Positions 54,536 through 63,828 of a DNA stretch of 64,000 bases are shown here, piece after piece. Within the stretch, counting starts at the first letter, position 1, and each line of letters opens with the position of its first letter. Source of the DNA: Ectothiorhodospiraceae bacterium. GTDB taxonomy: Bacteria; Pseudomonadota; Gammaproteobacteria; Nitrococcales; Aquisalimonadaceae. The position numbers and the translations under genes are program-made. The DNA lies in the NCBI GenBank assembly GCA_020831845.1, contig JAFIFV010000125.1, positions 714-64,713 of the forward strand, in the 5' to 3' direction. The notes below the pieces were generated by a model, which worked only from the letters and a program-made list of their open reading frames with translations, was not told where the DNA came from and searched no databases.

Positions 54536-55003
54536 TCAGCCTCCGGCCGCGTCCAGCCCGGCGCGCATGCCTGCCGCCTTGATGCCGGCCAGCGCCGCAG
54601 CCTCGTCATTGTCGGATGAATCGCCGCTCACACCAACAGCACCAATGATCCTGTCCGACCCATCCAGCACCAGCACGCCCCCCGGAACCGGAACGAACTG
54701 CCCTTGGGAAACCGAGGCCACCGCGGCCAGAAAATGATGGCGGGACTGGTTGCGCTGCCCGATGGTACCGCTGGAGATGCCGATGCCGAGCGCCGCGTAG
54801 GCCTTGCCCCGGGCGACTTCCACCCGCAGGATGCCGGAGCCGTCCTCGCGATCCATGGATACAATGTGACCACCCGCATCCAGCACAACAATAGTGAGCG
54901 GCTGCATGGACTGGCCACGCCCCTCCGCCAGTGCTCCTTCGATAATCGCGCGAGCGCCGGCAAGGGAAAGGGACTCCATCAAGGAATACACATCTGCTGC
55001 CAT
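54536..55003 (-). CDS. GlcG/HbpS-like haem-binding (DUF336) protein
   Basis: ..VVLDAGGH..ARGKAYAA.....GGV.....G..IGAVGVSG....D motifs. ATG at 55003. Confidence 0.75.
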   Translation of the reverse strand: MAADVYSLMESLSLAGARAIIEGALAEGRGQSMQPLTIVVLDAGGHIVSMDREDGSGILRVEVARGKAYAALGIGISSGTIGQRNQSRHHFLAAVASVSQGQFVPVPGGVLVLDGSDRIIGAVGVSGDSSDNDEAAALAGIKAAGMRAGLDAAGG

Positions 55004-55097
55004 TATTCTGATACTCCGTAGACCAATGACTACCCCAGTGTAGGGAAACGCGGCACGCTTCGCACGACAGCGGTTTCCCGCGCCCCGGCGATACTGC

Positions 55098-56153
55098 ATG
55101 ATGTATGGCATGAGTTCACAGATGCAGCAGGGGCAGCCACGCATCGGGATACTGTACACCGGAGGCACCTTCGGTATGGTTCCCTCCGAGCGTGGCTACG
55201 TACCCTCGGACGATCTCCCTGACCGCGTGGAAAGGGCGCTGAGCGGCGAACTGCGCTCATGGCTGCACTGGATCGAGCACGGCGCCGGTCCGCCGGTCAA
55301 CAGTGCCGATGTCTCGCCCCGGTACTGGTACCGGCTGGCGGAGGCCATCCGCTCCCGGGCTGACGCTTATGACGGCTTCGTCGTCATCCACGGCACGGAC
55401 ACGCTGAGTTATACCGGCTCCGCCCTCTCGTTTCTGCTGGCGGGCCTGGGCCACCCGGTGGTGGTCACCGGCTCCAGCCTTCCACTGGTTGAGGAAGGCA
55501 GCGATGCCCTACCCAATTTCGAGGGCGCGTTGCGTGCCGCGGCCTCCCCCCGGCTGACCGACGTCGGCCTGGCATTCGGCGATAGCCTGTTCCGGGCGAA
55601 CCGCAGCAGCAAGCGCTTCGGCACGTTCGACAACCCCTTCGCCAGCCCCAACGCCGCCCCCCTGGCCCACCTGGGCAACCCCCTGCGCTGGCGGAACGCA
55701 ACGCCATGCCCGTCTGACGTGCTACCCACCGCCCGCTGGCAGCCGGAGATCAAGGTTACGCTGTTACCGGTCTTCCCCGGCATCGAGGGAAGCCTGCTCC
55801 GGAGCGCGGCCGAGAATGGTGCACGTGGGTTGCTGCTGGAATGCTACCCCTCGGGTATCGGCCCGGGAGGCGATCCGGACTTCGTCGCCGCCATCAGTGA
55901 GCTGACCGCAGCGGGCGTTACCGTGGCCGCCATCCCGCAGAATCAGCACGGCCGGGTGCGCCTGGGGCAATATGCAAGCAGCTCACCGCTACGGGACGCC
56001 GGGCTGATCAGCGGAGCCGACATGACGCGGGAAGCAGCACTGACGAAGCTGCATTATCTGCTGTCGACCGATCTGGAGCCGGACAGTGTCGCCCGGTATT
56101 TCTGCAGCAACCTTCGCGGCGAGCTTACCGAGCAGGATCCGAACGCGACCTGA
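55098..56153 (+). CDS. ansA: type I (cytoplasmic) L-asparaginase
   Basis: ILYTGGTFGM and VVIHGTDTLSYT motifs. Alternative start at 55110. Confidence 0.85.
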   Translation: MMYGMSSQMQQGQPRIGILYTGGTFGMVPSERGYVPSDDLPDRVERALSGELRSWLHWIEHGAGPPVNSADVSPRYWYRLAEAIRSRADAYDGFVVIHGTDTLSYTGSALSFLLAGLGHPVVVTGSSLPLVEEGSDALPNFEGALRAAASPRLTDVGLAFGDSLFRANRSSKRFGTFDNPFASPNAAPLAHLGNPLRWRNATPCPSDVLPTARWQPEIKVTLLPVFPGIEGSLLRSAAENGARGLLLECYPSGIGPGGDPDFVAAISELTAAGVTVAAIPQNQHGRVRLGQYASSSPLRDAGLISGADMTREAALTKLHYLLSTDLEPDSVARYFCSNLRGELTEQDPNAT

Positions 56154-56165
56154 CACAGCCGGCAG

Positions 56166-57461
56166 TCAATGCAGTTTCAGGCGCGGGCGCACCAGTTTGT
56201 TGAAGCGGCCCGCGATCAGCAACATGATGGTTCGCGGCCAGCCGTACAAGGCTGCCTGGTGCATGCGGTACAACCAGATATACATCACCCTTGCCAGCCA
56301 GCCTTCAATGAAGAAGTTTCCGCCTTTCATCAGGCTGCCCATCAGCGTGCCCACGGAACTGTAGCTGGACAAGGAAACCAGCGAGCCGTGATCCTTGTAA
56401 CGGAACGCGGTGACCGGTTTGCCGGCCATCAGCCGCTGGATATTGGCGGCTGCATGGTAACCCATTTGCTGGGCTGACTGCGCCCGAGGAGGAATGGGCT
56501 TGTCAGCTCCCTCCGGGAGCAGATAGGCGGCATCACCGATCACGAAGACGCGGTCCTGGCCGCGGGCCTGGAGACTGGACATCACCTCGACCTGATGCGA
56601 GCGGGTGGCATGCAGCCCCTCGATGTCACTGAGCACCGCGGGTCCCCTGACTCCTGCCGCCCAGACCAGAAGCTCCGCCTCGACCCGCTCCCCGCTCCTG
56701 GTGATAAAGGCCTGTTCCACCGCCTCCGCGACGGCCTCCCCCGTACGCACCTTCACTCCGAGCGCCTGCAGGCGCCTGCTCGCGGTTGCCGACACCCGTT
56801 CCGGCAGGGCCGGCAGGATGCGCGGCGCTGCCTCGATCACATCCACCTTCAACTGGTCGCGATCCAGATGTTCGTGCCCATAAAGCCTCAACATCGCCAC
56901 GGCGTGATGGATCTCCGCTGCCAGTTCAACGCCGGTGGCACCGCCTCCAACAATCGCGACGGAAACCGGCGCATTCAGATGATTGGCCTGCAGACAGGCG
57001 TTCATGAAACGCTCCCGAAAGCGTTCCGCCTGCTGACGGCTGTCCATCATCATGCAATGCTGCGCGACGCCGGGCGTGCCAAAATCGTTGCACAGGCTAC
57101 CCACGGCAAGAACCAGGTAGTCGTAGGGAAGCTGTCGCTCGGGCAGTATTTCCTCACCCTCGGCGTCGCAGATGGGGGCCAGCGTGACGGTTCGCTCGCG
57201 GACATCCACACCCGTGAGCGTTCCCGGCTCGAAACGGTAGTGATTCAAGCGCGCGTGGGCGCGGTAATCCACGGCATCCAGATCGGCATCGATGGCGCCG
57301 GTGGCCACTTCGTGGAAACGCGGCTTCCAGACATGCACGTTGGTGGAGTCGACCAATGTGACGTGAGCCGTTCCAGGTTTGCCCAGCTTCTTTCCCAGTT
57401 GCGTCACCAGCGGCAAACCACCCGCTCCACCGCCGACGACAACGATCCTCGGTTTGTCCAT
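56166..57461 (-). CDS. ndh: type II NADH dehydrogenase (NDH-2)
   Basis: Two Rossmann motifs (VVVGGGAGG, AIVGGGATG) and GDAA near the C-terminus. Confidence 0.8.
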   Translation of the reverse strand: MDKPRIVVVGGGAGGLPLVTQLGKKLGKPGTAHVTLVDSTNVHVWKPRFHEVATGAIDADLDAVDYRAHARLNHYRFEPGTLTGVDVRERTVTLAPICDAEGEEILPERQLPYDYLVLAVGSLCNDFGTPGVAQHCMMMDSRQQAERFRERFMNACLQANHLNAPVSVAIVGGGATGVELAAEIHHAVAMLRLYGHEHLDRDQLKVDVIEAAPRILPALPERVSATASRRLQALGVKVRTGEAVAEAVEQAFITRSGERVEAELLVWAAGVRGPAVLSDIEGLHATRSHQVEVMSSLQARGQDRVFVIGDAAYLLPEGADKPIPPRAQSAQQMGYHAAANIQRLMAGKPVTAFRYKDHGSLVSLSSYSSVGTLMGSLMKGGNFFIEGWLARVMYIWLYRMHQAALYGWPRTIMLLIAGRFNKLVRPRLKLH

Positions 57462-57529
57462 GGTAGTCCCTTTCTGAATCATCGGGCCGCGGCAGCCTTG
57501 GGAAGCACTCTTTGGTTCCCGCGTTCGCG

Positions 57530-58165
57530 TCAGGAGAACACCGTTTCCACCGGCTCCCCGCCATCCAGCAACAGGTGCTCACGGTGCCTGAGGGCCCGGT
57601 TGGTCGCAACTGCCAGCAGCACCTGCGCCACGTTCCCGCGGGAGATGGTGTTATGGGCAACCGCTTCCGGATCGGTGGTGATGCGTCCAGTGGGCGGTTC
57701 GTCGGTGAGGCGGCCAGGCTTGAGAATGACGTATTCCAGTCGCGACCGCCGCAGGAGCACATCCGCGGCATACTTTGCCGCCATGTACGGCCGCAGCTTC
57801 TCCGGTGCCTGCATGGGTTGCTCGGCGCGCATGGCGCTGACCATGATGAAACGACCGATACCCAGTTCCTCGGAAAGCTCAATTGACCGCACCGCCCCGT
57901 AGAGATCCACGAGCAAGGTCTTGTCCGGCCCGGTGTTAGGTCCGGATCCGGCCGTAAACACAACCTGATCGCAGCCCTCGAAGGCCGCCGAAAAGTCCTG
58001 CTCGAGGTCAGCCACCACGGTTTCCACCCCGATCTTTTCGAAGTCCTCGCTTTGCCCGGCGTCACGGATCATTGCCCGGATCGGGAAATCGGCGGCTGCG
58101 GCAAGCGTGCAAAACTGGTAGCCGATCTGGCCGTGCGCTCCGATGATCAGCGTTTTCATCGCCAC
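57530..58165 (-). CDS. NAD(P)H-binding (atypical SDR/NmrA-like) protein
   Basis: LIIGAHGQIG Rossmann motif, 211 aa. Confidence 0.75.
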   Translation of the reverse strand: MAMKTLIIGAHGQIGYQFCTLAAAADFPIRAMIRDAGQSEDFEKIGVETVVADLEQDFSAAFEGCDQVVFTAGSGPNTGPDKTLLVDLYGAVRSIELSEELGIGRFIMVSAMRAEQPMQAPEKLRPYMAAKYAADVLLRRSRLEYVILKPGRLTDEPPTGRITTDPEAVAHNTISRGNVAQVLLAVATNRALRHREHLLLDGGEPVETVFS

Positions 58166-58397
58166 CCCCTTGTCCTGATTTTGTGACGTGGATCACACAC
58201 GAATTCATCACCATGATAAAACTATGCGCCTCGGAGAGTTTCCTTTTTGGCAGCGGAGCCTCCGGCAGGCTAGTATCGGGAAAGGCACAGGAGTGCCAGC
58301 ACTAACCTTTCGTCAAGGCTAGAAAGTCGGATGACGGCTGCTCTCCCCGTACCCAATATGCATATCAAGTCCTCAACCCAAGGGGCAAAGGTGCTCG

Positions 58398-60380
58398 ATG
58401 ATCGGCTCGACCGGTAAACCCGGACCCGGCTCGGAAGAGCCGCCAGGCACGTCCTTGCCGGAACTGAACGGAAAACTGGGCTACAACGCCGTCATGATAG
58501 CCTGTCTGTTGGGTGCGGTGGGCTGTGCCTATGGTGTTCTCGTCGGCACGCTGGTGGGGCTGAGCCCCTGGGAGTGGGCAACCATTCCGTTAATGGGGGT
58601 GGTATCAAGCAGCATTGCCTGGTTGCTCTGGCGCACCGGCGAACGCTATCTGACCAGCATTTCCGTGTTCATCGTCGTCTGGCTGTCATTCTATCTTCTC
58701 AGCAACCTGACCAATACCATTTACGTAACGCGGGAACTCAATGCCGCGTTTATCTACCTCCCCTGGTTTCCCGTGCTGTTCGCCTTCATCGTCGCGCTGT
58801 TCCAGGGAAGGCTGGGCATACATCTGAGTTGGGTGATCTATTCGGGCGTCGCGCTGATCCTGTTGCGCGCCGCCTATATCGAAACACGCTTTGCCATGGA
58901 TGACCCGTGGACGGCGGCCGTGGTAGTCAGCCTGATTGCCCTGCCCACATTCATAACATTGCTGTATGCGGTGGCTGCCTTTCGCGAGCAGTTCGCCGCC
59001 TCCCACGCCCGCAGTCGGCTGCTTGCCGAGCATGCCAACAAGCTGGAGCATATCGCCTATCACGATGGTCTCACCGGCCTGCCCAACCGCAAGCAGCTCG
59101 AAAATCGCCTTATCGCCCGGCTGTCGGACAAACACACGCAGGACCTGGCGGTTCATCACATCGATCTGGACGGGTTCAAGGACGTGAATGATTCCCACGG
59201 CCATGCCGCCGGCGACATGATCCTGCGGGTGCTTGCGGACCGCCTGCAGCAGCTGACCGGGGACAACGCGGACCTGGCACGCGTCAACGCGGATGAATTC
59301 GTGATAGTCCAGCAGTCCATGGATATCCACCGTGACGCCACCCAGATGGGGGAACGCATCCTGGCGCTGATCTACCAGCCCCTGCATGTTGCCGAGACGG
59401 AAGTCCGCATGAGCGCAAGCGTAGGGACGGCCCTGTGGACAGGCGCGAGCGGCGGCAGTGCGGAACGGCGCCGAGCCGTCTCCCGTGTGTCGGCCGACCT
59501 GCTCAGCCAGGCGGACATGGCCATGCTGGCGGCGAAGCAGGCCGGCGGCAATGCGCAACGGCTCTACGAGCCGGCCATGCTGCGCGCCGCCGACCGACGC
59601 CTGGAGACGCGTACCAGTCTTCGCCGCGCCCTGGCCAACGGTGAATTCGAACTTTACTACCAGCCACAGATCAACATGGCCACCGGCGAGCTGGTCGCTG
59701 CCGAGGCCCTGATCCGCTGGCACGATCCGATCAACGGCTTGCGCAGCCCCGCGGATTTCATTCCCATCGCCGAGGAATCCGGCTCCATAACCGATATCGG
59801 TCACTGGGTACTGGCGGAGGCATGTCGTACCGCGGCAGCCTGGCCCACGCAGAACCTGAAGATCGAAGTGAATATTTCGCCGACCCAGATTGACCGCGGG
59901 AACCTGCTGGGCTCGGTTCAGTCCGCGCTGGCGGAAAGCGGCCTGGCGCCGGAACGGCTGGACCTGGAATTGACCGAAAGCGTGTTCGCCCGCACCGACG
60001 ACGCTCATGTGCGCAATACGTTCTCCGCCCTGAAGTCGCTCGGGGTCGGTCTGGTGGTGGATGATTTCGGTACCGGCTATTCGTCGCTGCTTTACCTGAA
60101 GCGTTTCCCCATCACGATGATGAAGATCGACCGGGCATTCACCGCCGGCATCGAGAACGGGTCCACGGACTATGCCATCGTCAAGGCCATCATCACGCTA
60201 TCGCGCGCCATGGGCGTGCAGTTGGTGGCTGAAGGTATTGAAACGGAGCAGCAACGAGACATACTCGTTCAGGAAGGCTGTGTTGTCGGCCAGGGTTTCC
60301 TCTACGGCAAACCCATGAACAGGGCAGCATTTCAGGCCATGTACTTTCCCGACCAGGCCTCGACCGTCAACAGGGATTAG
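58398..60380 (+). CDS. membrane GGDEF(degenerate NADEF)-EAL protein, probable phosphodiesterase
   Basis: About 6 TM helices. RVNADEF replaces GGDEF. The EAL domain is intact (EALIRWH, DDFGTGYS). Confidence 0.85.
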   Translation: MIGSTGKPGPGSEEPPGTSLPELNGKLGYNAVMIACLLGAVGCAYGVLVGTLVGLSPWEWATIPLMGVVSSSIAWLLWRTGERYLTSISVFIVVWLSFYLLSNLTNTIYVTRELNAAFIYLPWFPVLFAFIVALFQGRLGIHLSWVIYSGVALILLRAAYIETRFAMDDPWTAAVVVSLIALPTFITLLYAVAAFREQFAASHARSRLLAEHANKLEHIAYHDGLTGLPNRKQLENRLIARLSDKHTQDLAVHHIDLDGFKDVNDSHGHAAGDMILRVLADRLQQLTGDNADLARVNADEFVIVQQSMDIHRDATQMGERILALIYQPLHVAETEVRMSASVGTALWTGASGGSAERRRAVSRVSADLLSQADMAMLAAKQAGGNAQRLYEPAMLRAADRRLETRTSLRRALANGEFELYYQPQINMATGELVAAEALIRWHDPINGLRSPADFIPIAEESGSITDIGHWVLAEACRTAAAWPTQNLKIEVNISPTQIDRGNLLGSVQSALAESGLAPERLDLELTESVFARTDDAHVRNTFSALKSLGVGLVVDDFGTGYSSLLYLKRFPITMMKIDRAFTAGIENGSTDYAIVKAIITLSRAMGVQLVAEGIETEQQRDILVQEGCVVGQGFLYGKPMNRAAFQAMYFPDQASTVNRD

Positions 60381-60398
60381 TCACCAGGAGACCGAGAC

Positions 60399-61163
60399 GT
60401 GTCGCAGGAACCGCAAACGGACGCACTGGCACGTTTCTTCGAGTTCCAGCACGCCTGGTCCGAGGAGCAACGAAACCTGGTTCACCGCATCCGTTACGCG
60501 GTCTACTGTCAGGAGTTCCGCTTCGAGCGCGAGGAAGACTGCCCCGGAGGCATGGAGCGGGACGACTACGACGATGATTCCCGCCACTGCCTGCTGATCC
60601 ACCGGCAGACCGGCACGCCCGCCGGTTGCGTCCGGGTGATAGAACCCGGACGCGGGAGCGATCACAAGCTGGCGCTGGAGCGTTTCTGCGGAACCAGCCT
60701 CGAGCACCCGACATTGCATCCGGCACGCTTCCCCAGGGATACCGTCTGCGAGGTGTCGCGCCTGGCGGTGCCAGCCTTCTTCCGCCGCCGCCAGGGCGAG
60801 AACCTGACACCGTACGGAAACGTGGAAGAACTGCGCGTGTCCGACGCCGAAACGCGCACCTTTCCCCTGATCGGCATGGCCATGTTCCTGGCAGCCACCG
60901 CACTGGTGGGTCTGGCCAACCGCCCCCACGTATTTGCCATGATGGAGCCACGGCTTGCGCGACTGCTGTCCCGTGCCGGACTCAATTTCGTGCAGGTTGG
61001 ACGCATGATCAACTACCATGGACCGCGGGCGGCGTTCTATATCCACCAGCACGAAGCGGTGGACGCCCTGCAGCCTCCACTGAAACGGCTCTACGCCACC
61101 ATCCTGCAGCAACTGACCTCGCCGCCGGGGGAGCCCATGGCGAAAACAGGCAGCGACGGCTAG
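60399..61163 (+). CDS. N-acyl amino acid synthase-like GNAT (PEP-CTERM/exosortase-associated acyltransferase family)
   Basis: GTG start. IRYAVYCQEFRFE..DDYDDDSRHCLL..CEVSRLAV pattern of FeeM/NasY/LuxI-fold acyltransferases. Confidence 0.65.
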   Translation: MSQEPQTDALARFFEFQHAWSEEQRNLVHRIRYAVYCQEFRFEREEDCPGGMERDDYDDDSRHCLLIHRQTGTPAGCVRVIEPGRGSDHKLALERFCGTSLEHPTLHPARFPRDTVCEVSRLAVPAFFRRRQGENLTPYGNVEELRVSDAETRTFPLIGMAMFLAATALVGLANRPHVFAMMEPRLARLLSRAGLNFVQVGRMINYHGPRAAFYIHQHEAVDALQPPLKRLYATILQQLTSPPGEPMAKTGSDG

Positions 61164-61165
61164 CG

Positions 61166-62794
61166 GTGACAACGGACTCCCATATACCCGCGCCCCAGGC
61201 GGTGCAGCAGGCGATGGCCGAATGGATTGCGCGCATCGGCGACGAGGCGGTGATCGACGACCCGACCGAGCTGCAGCGCCGCAGCCGCGCCACCTTCGGC
61301 ACGTACAGCAGGCTGCTGGGCATCATACGCCCGGCCGGAGTCGAACAGGTGCGCGCGTGCCTGGACATTGCCCGGCGGTACAGCGTGCCGGTCTACCCGT
61401 GCAGTACCGGCAAGAACTGGGGCTACGGCTCGATGGCCCTGCCCGGCGACGGTGTCGCTCTGCTACTGGACCGGATGAACCGTATTCGCGCCTACGACGA
61501 CGAGTTGGGAACGGTGACCGTCGAGCCGGGCGTAACCCAGCGCCAATTGCACGACTATCTGGCCCAGCAGGGAGGGCGCTACTGGCAGGACGTCACCGGC
61601 TCCAGTGCCGATTGCAGCGTGCTGGGCAACACGGTCGAGCGCGGCTTCGGCCATACCCCGTACGCCGATCACTTCGCCAATGTCTGTGGGCTGGAAGTGA
61701 TTACCGCCACCGGCCGCGTCGTCCGGACCGGCTTTCAGCGTTTCCACAATGCCCAGGCCGCCCATGCCTACAAATGGGGCGTGGGGCCTTACCTGGACGG
61801 ACTGTTCTCCCAGTCCGGGCTGGGCGTGGTTACCGCGATCACGCTCTGGCTCATGCCCCGCCCGGAAGCATTCCAGTATTTCCAGGTCAGCGTCCGGGAT
61901 GACGCTGATCTGGAACCGCTGATAGACACCCTGCGCGAGCTGCGCATGGAGGGCAGCGTGCAAAGCGCGGTGCATATCGCGAACCGCTTCAAGGTGTTCA
62001 GCGCCATGGAGCCTTACCCCTGGGAGGCGCTGAACGGGGAGACACCATTGCCGGAAACCTACGTGGAACAGCGACTGCGCCAGTTGCGGCTGGGCGCGTG
62101 GAGCTTCTCGGGGGCTCTCTACGGCACGCGACAGGGAGTGGCCCTGGCCCGGAAGCGGATACGCCGGCAATTGCGCGGGCGCGTGCACATCCAGCAGATG
62201 CGGTTCATGAACCCGTCCAGGCTCGCCCTGCTGGACCGCTTCAAGACACCGCTCTCGCGACTCACGGGGCTTCCCCTGGAACGCATGTTGGGATTCATGC
62301 AGGTGCTGTTCGGTATCAAGCAGGGGGTGCCGACGAACCGCATGCTGGCCAGCGTTTACTGGCGCAAGCGCACGCCGCCTCCGGCGGACCCGGACCCTGA
62401 CCGCGACGGCTGCGGCCTGTTCTGGTGCGCACCCGTGGCGCCGCTGAAGGGCGCCGACGCCCGCGCCATGGTCACAATCGCCAACACCGTCTTTGCACGC
62501 CACGGCTTCGAGCCCATGCTATCGATGACCGTGATCTCGGAACGGGCCCTGGATAACGTGATCGCCCTGCACTACGACCGTGACATTCCGGGCGAAGACG
62601 AACGTGCTTTCGCCTGCTACGAGGAGTTGCTCAACCGGATGATGGACGCTGGCTACTATCCCTACAGGCTGGGTATCCAGAGCATGGAAGCCTTACGGGA
62701 GCGCAGCAGCAGCGAGTGGAACCACACACTGGCCGACATACGCCAGGCACTGGACCCTGATGGCATTCTCGCCCCCGGGCGCTACCCCGCCTGA
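61166..62794 (+). CDS. FAD-binding (PCMH/VAO-type) oxidoreductase
   Basis: ..VYPCSTGKNWGYG.. FAD-binding segment. GTG at 61166 lies 3 nt after the upstream stop (alternative ATG at 61214). The 60626-61165 part of the ORF-track entry is an extension. Confidence 0.75.
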   Translation: MTTDSHIPAPQAVQQAMAEWIARIGDEAVIDDPTELQRRSRATFGTYSRLLGIIRPAGVEQVRACLDIARRYSVPVYPCSTGKNWGYGSMALPGDGVALLLDRMNRIRAYDDELGTVTVEPGVTQRQLHDYLAQQGGRYWQDVTGSSADCSVLGNTVERGFGHTPYADHFANVCGLEVITATGRVVRTGFQRFHNAQAAHAYKWGVGPYLDGLFSQSGLGVVTAITLWLMPRPEAFQYFQVSVRDDADLEPLIDTLRELRMEGSVQSAVHIANRFKVFSAMEPYPWEALNGETPLPETYVEQRLRQLRLGAWSFSGALYGTRQGVALARKRIRRQLRGRVHIQQMRFMNPSRLALLDRFKTPLSRLTGLPLERMLGFMQVLFGIKQGVPTNRMLASVYWRKRTPPPADPDPDRDGCGLFWCAPVAPLKGADARAMVTIANTVFARHGFEPMLSMTVISERALDNVIALHYDRDIPGEDERAFACYEELLNRMMDAGYYPYRLGIQSMEALRERSSSEWNHTLADIRQALDPDGILAPGRYPA

Positions 62795-63372
62795 CGGCGT
62801 GCCCCCCGGGATTCAAGCGCCAGTACGCGGCGCTCGATGGCGAAGACATGGGGATCGCTTTCGCCCATGGCGCGCAGGGATTCGGCCAGCAGCAGCAGAT
62901 ACTCCCGGTTGCTGCCGCTGGGTCCGACGGACCGGGCAATCTGCGTCGCCAGTTCCGGTTCCGGCGCCGGTCCCAGGAAGGCGGCGTTGTCTTCGGTGGC
63001 GATGTACACCAGCCCCTGGGCATGGTCGCCGGTGCTGAAGGTCATCTCGGTACTGAAGCGCAGATAGCCGTTCTTTTCGCGACAATCCAGGTGGTCGAAG
63101 ACCTCCGGGCCGATGAGATAGGCCATGCCTGCACAAACGGTCTCCGGCGCCGGCACCAGCGTCACCACGCGCCCCGGCGTATCCGGCGTGCCGCGATGGT
63201 CATGCGAGCCCTGCCAGAATCGGCGCGCCCAACCCCGGATGCTTGCCGGGCGCCGTTCCAGGTAGGGGAAATCCACCTTGTAGATCAGCGAACCATAGCC
63301 GAACAGCCAGACCTGTTCCTGGCCGTGGAACAGGCCCCCGGCACGGTTCGCTGCAATCGTATTCACTGACAT
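62782..63372 (-). CDS. chaC: ChaC-family gamma-glutamylcyclotransferase
   Basis: WLFGYGSLIYK..RGTPDTPGRVVTL..REKNGY. Confidence 0.85.
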   Translation of the reverse strand: MSVNTIAANRAGGLFHGQEQVWLFGYGSLIYKVDFPYLERRPASIRGWARRFWQGSHDHRGTPDTPGRVVTLVPAPETVCAGMAYLIGPEVFDHLDCREKNGYLRFSTEMTFSTGDHAQGLVYIATEDNAAFLGPAPEPELATQIARSVGPSGSNREYLLLLAESLRAMGESDPHVFAIERRVLALESRGARRQAG

Positions 63373-63819
63373 TCAAACACCGATATCCTCGTTCCAGACG
63401 TCCGGATGCGCTTCGATGAAGCGGCGCATCAATTCCATGCATTCGGGCGATTGCAGCACGTCCACCTGCACGCCATGATCGCGTAGCAAGGCCTCCTCCC
63501 CCAGGAAGGTATGGTTCTCCCCCACCACAACCCGCGGGATGCCGTAGAGCAGGATGGCGCCGCTGCACATCGGGCAGGGCGACAAGGTGGTATAGAGCGT
63601 ACATTCACGATACACCGCGCCCGGCAGACGCCCGGCATTCTCCAGCGCATCCATCTCGCCGTGGAGCACGGTGCTGCCCTTCTGCTGGCGCTGGTTGTGA
63701 CCCCGGCCGATGACCCGGCCCTGATACACCAGCACCGAACCGATCGGGACACCGCCTTCCTCCAGCCCCTGTCTGGCCTCGGAAATGGCCGCTTCCATGA
63801 ATTGATCCATGCACTGCAT
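63373..63819 (-). CDS. CMP/dCMP-type zinc nucleoside (cytosine-like) deaminase
   Basis: HGEMDA and PCPMCSGA zinc motifs. Confidence 0.85.
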   Translation of the reverse strand: MQCMDQFMEAAISEARQGLEEGGVPIGSVLVYQGRVIGRGHNQRQQKGSTVLHGEMDALENAGRLPGAVYRECTLYTTLSPCPMCSGAILLYGIPRVVVGENHTFLGEEALLRDHGVQVDVLQSPECMELMRRFIEAHPDVWNEDIGV

Positions 63820-63828
63820 ACCTCTGAA

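Noticed and set aside
60626-61165. N-terminal 180 codons of the 722-aa ORF, which overlap the GNAT gene.
   Set aside because: The translation is Arg/Pro/Gly-rich and lies in a different frame over a well-supported GNAT CDS. A GTG at 61166 directly after the GNAT stop gives a normal-length FAD oxidoreductase.
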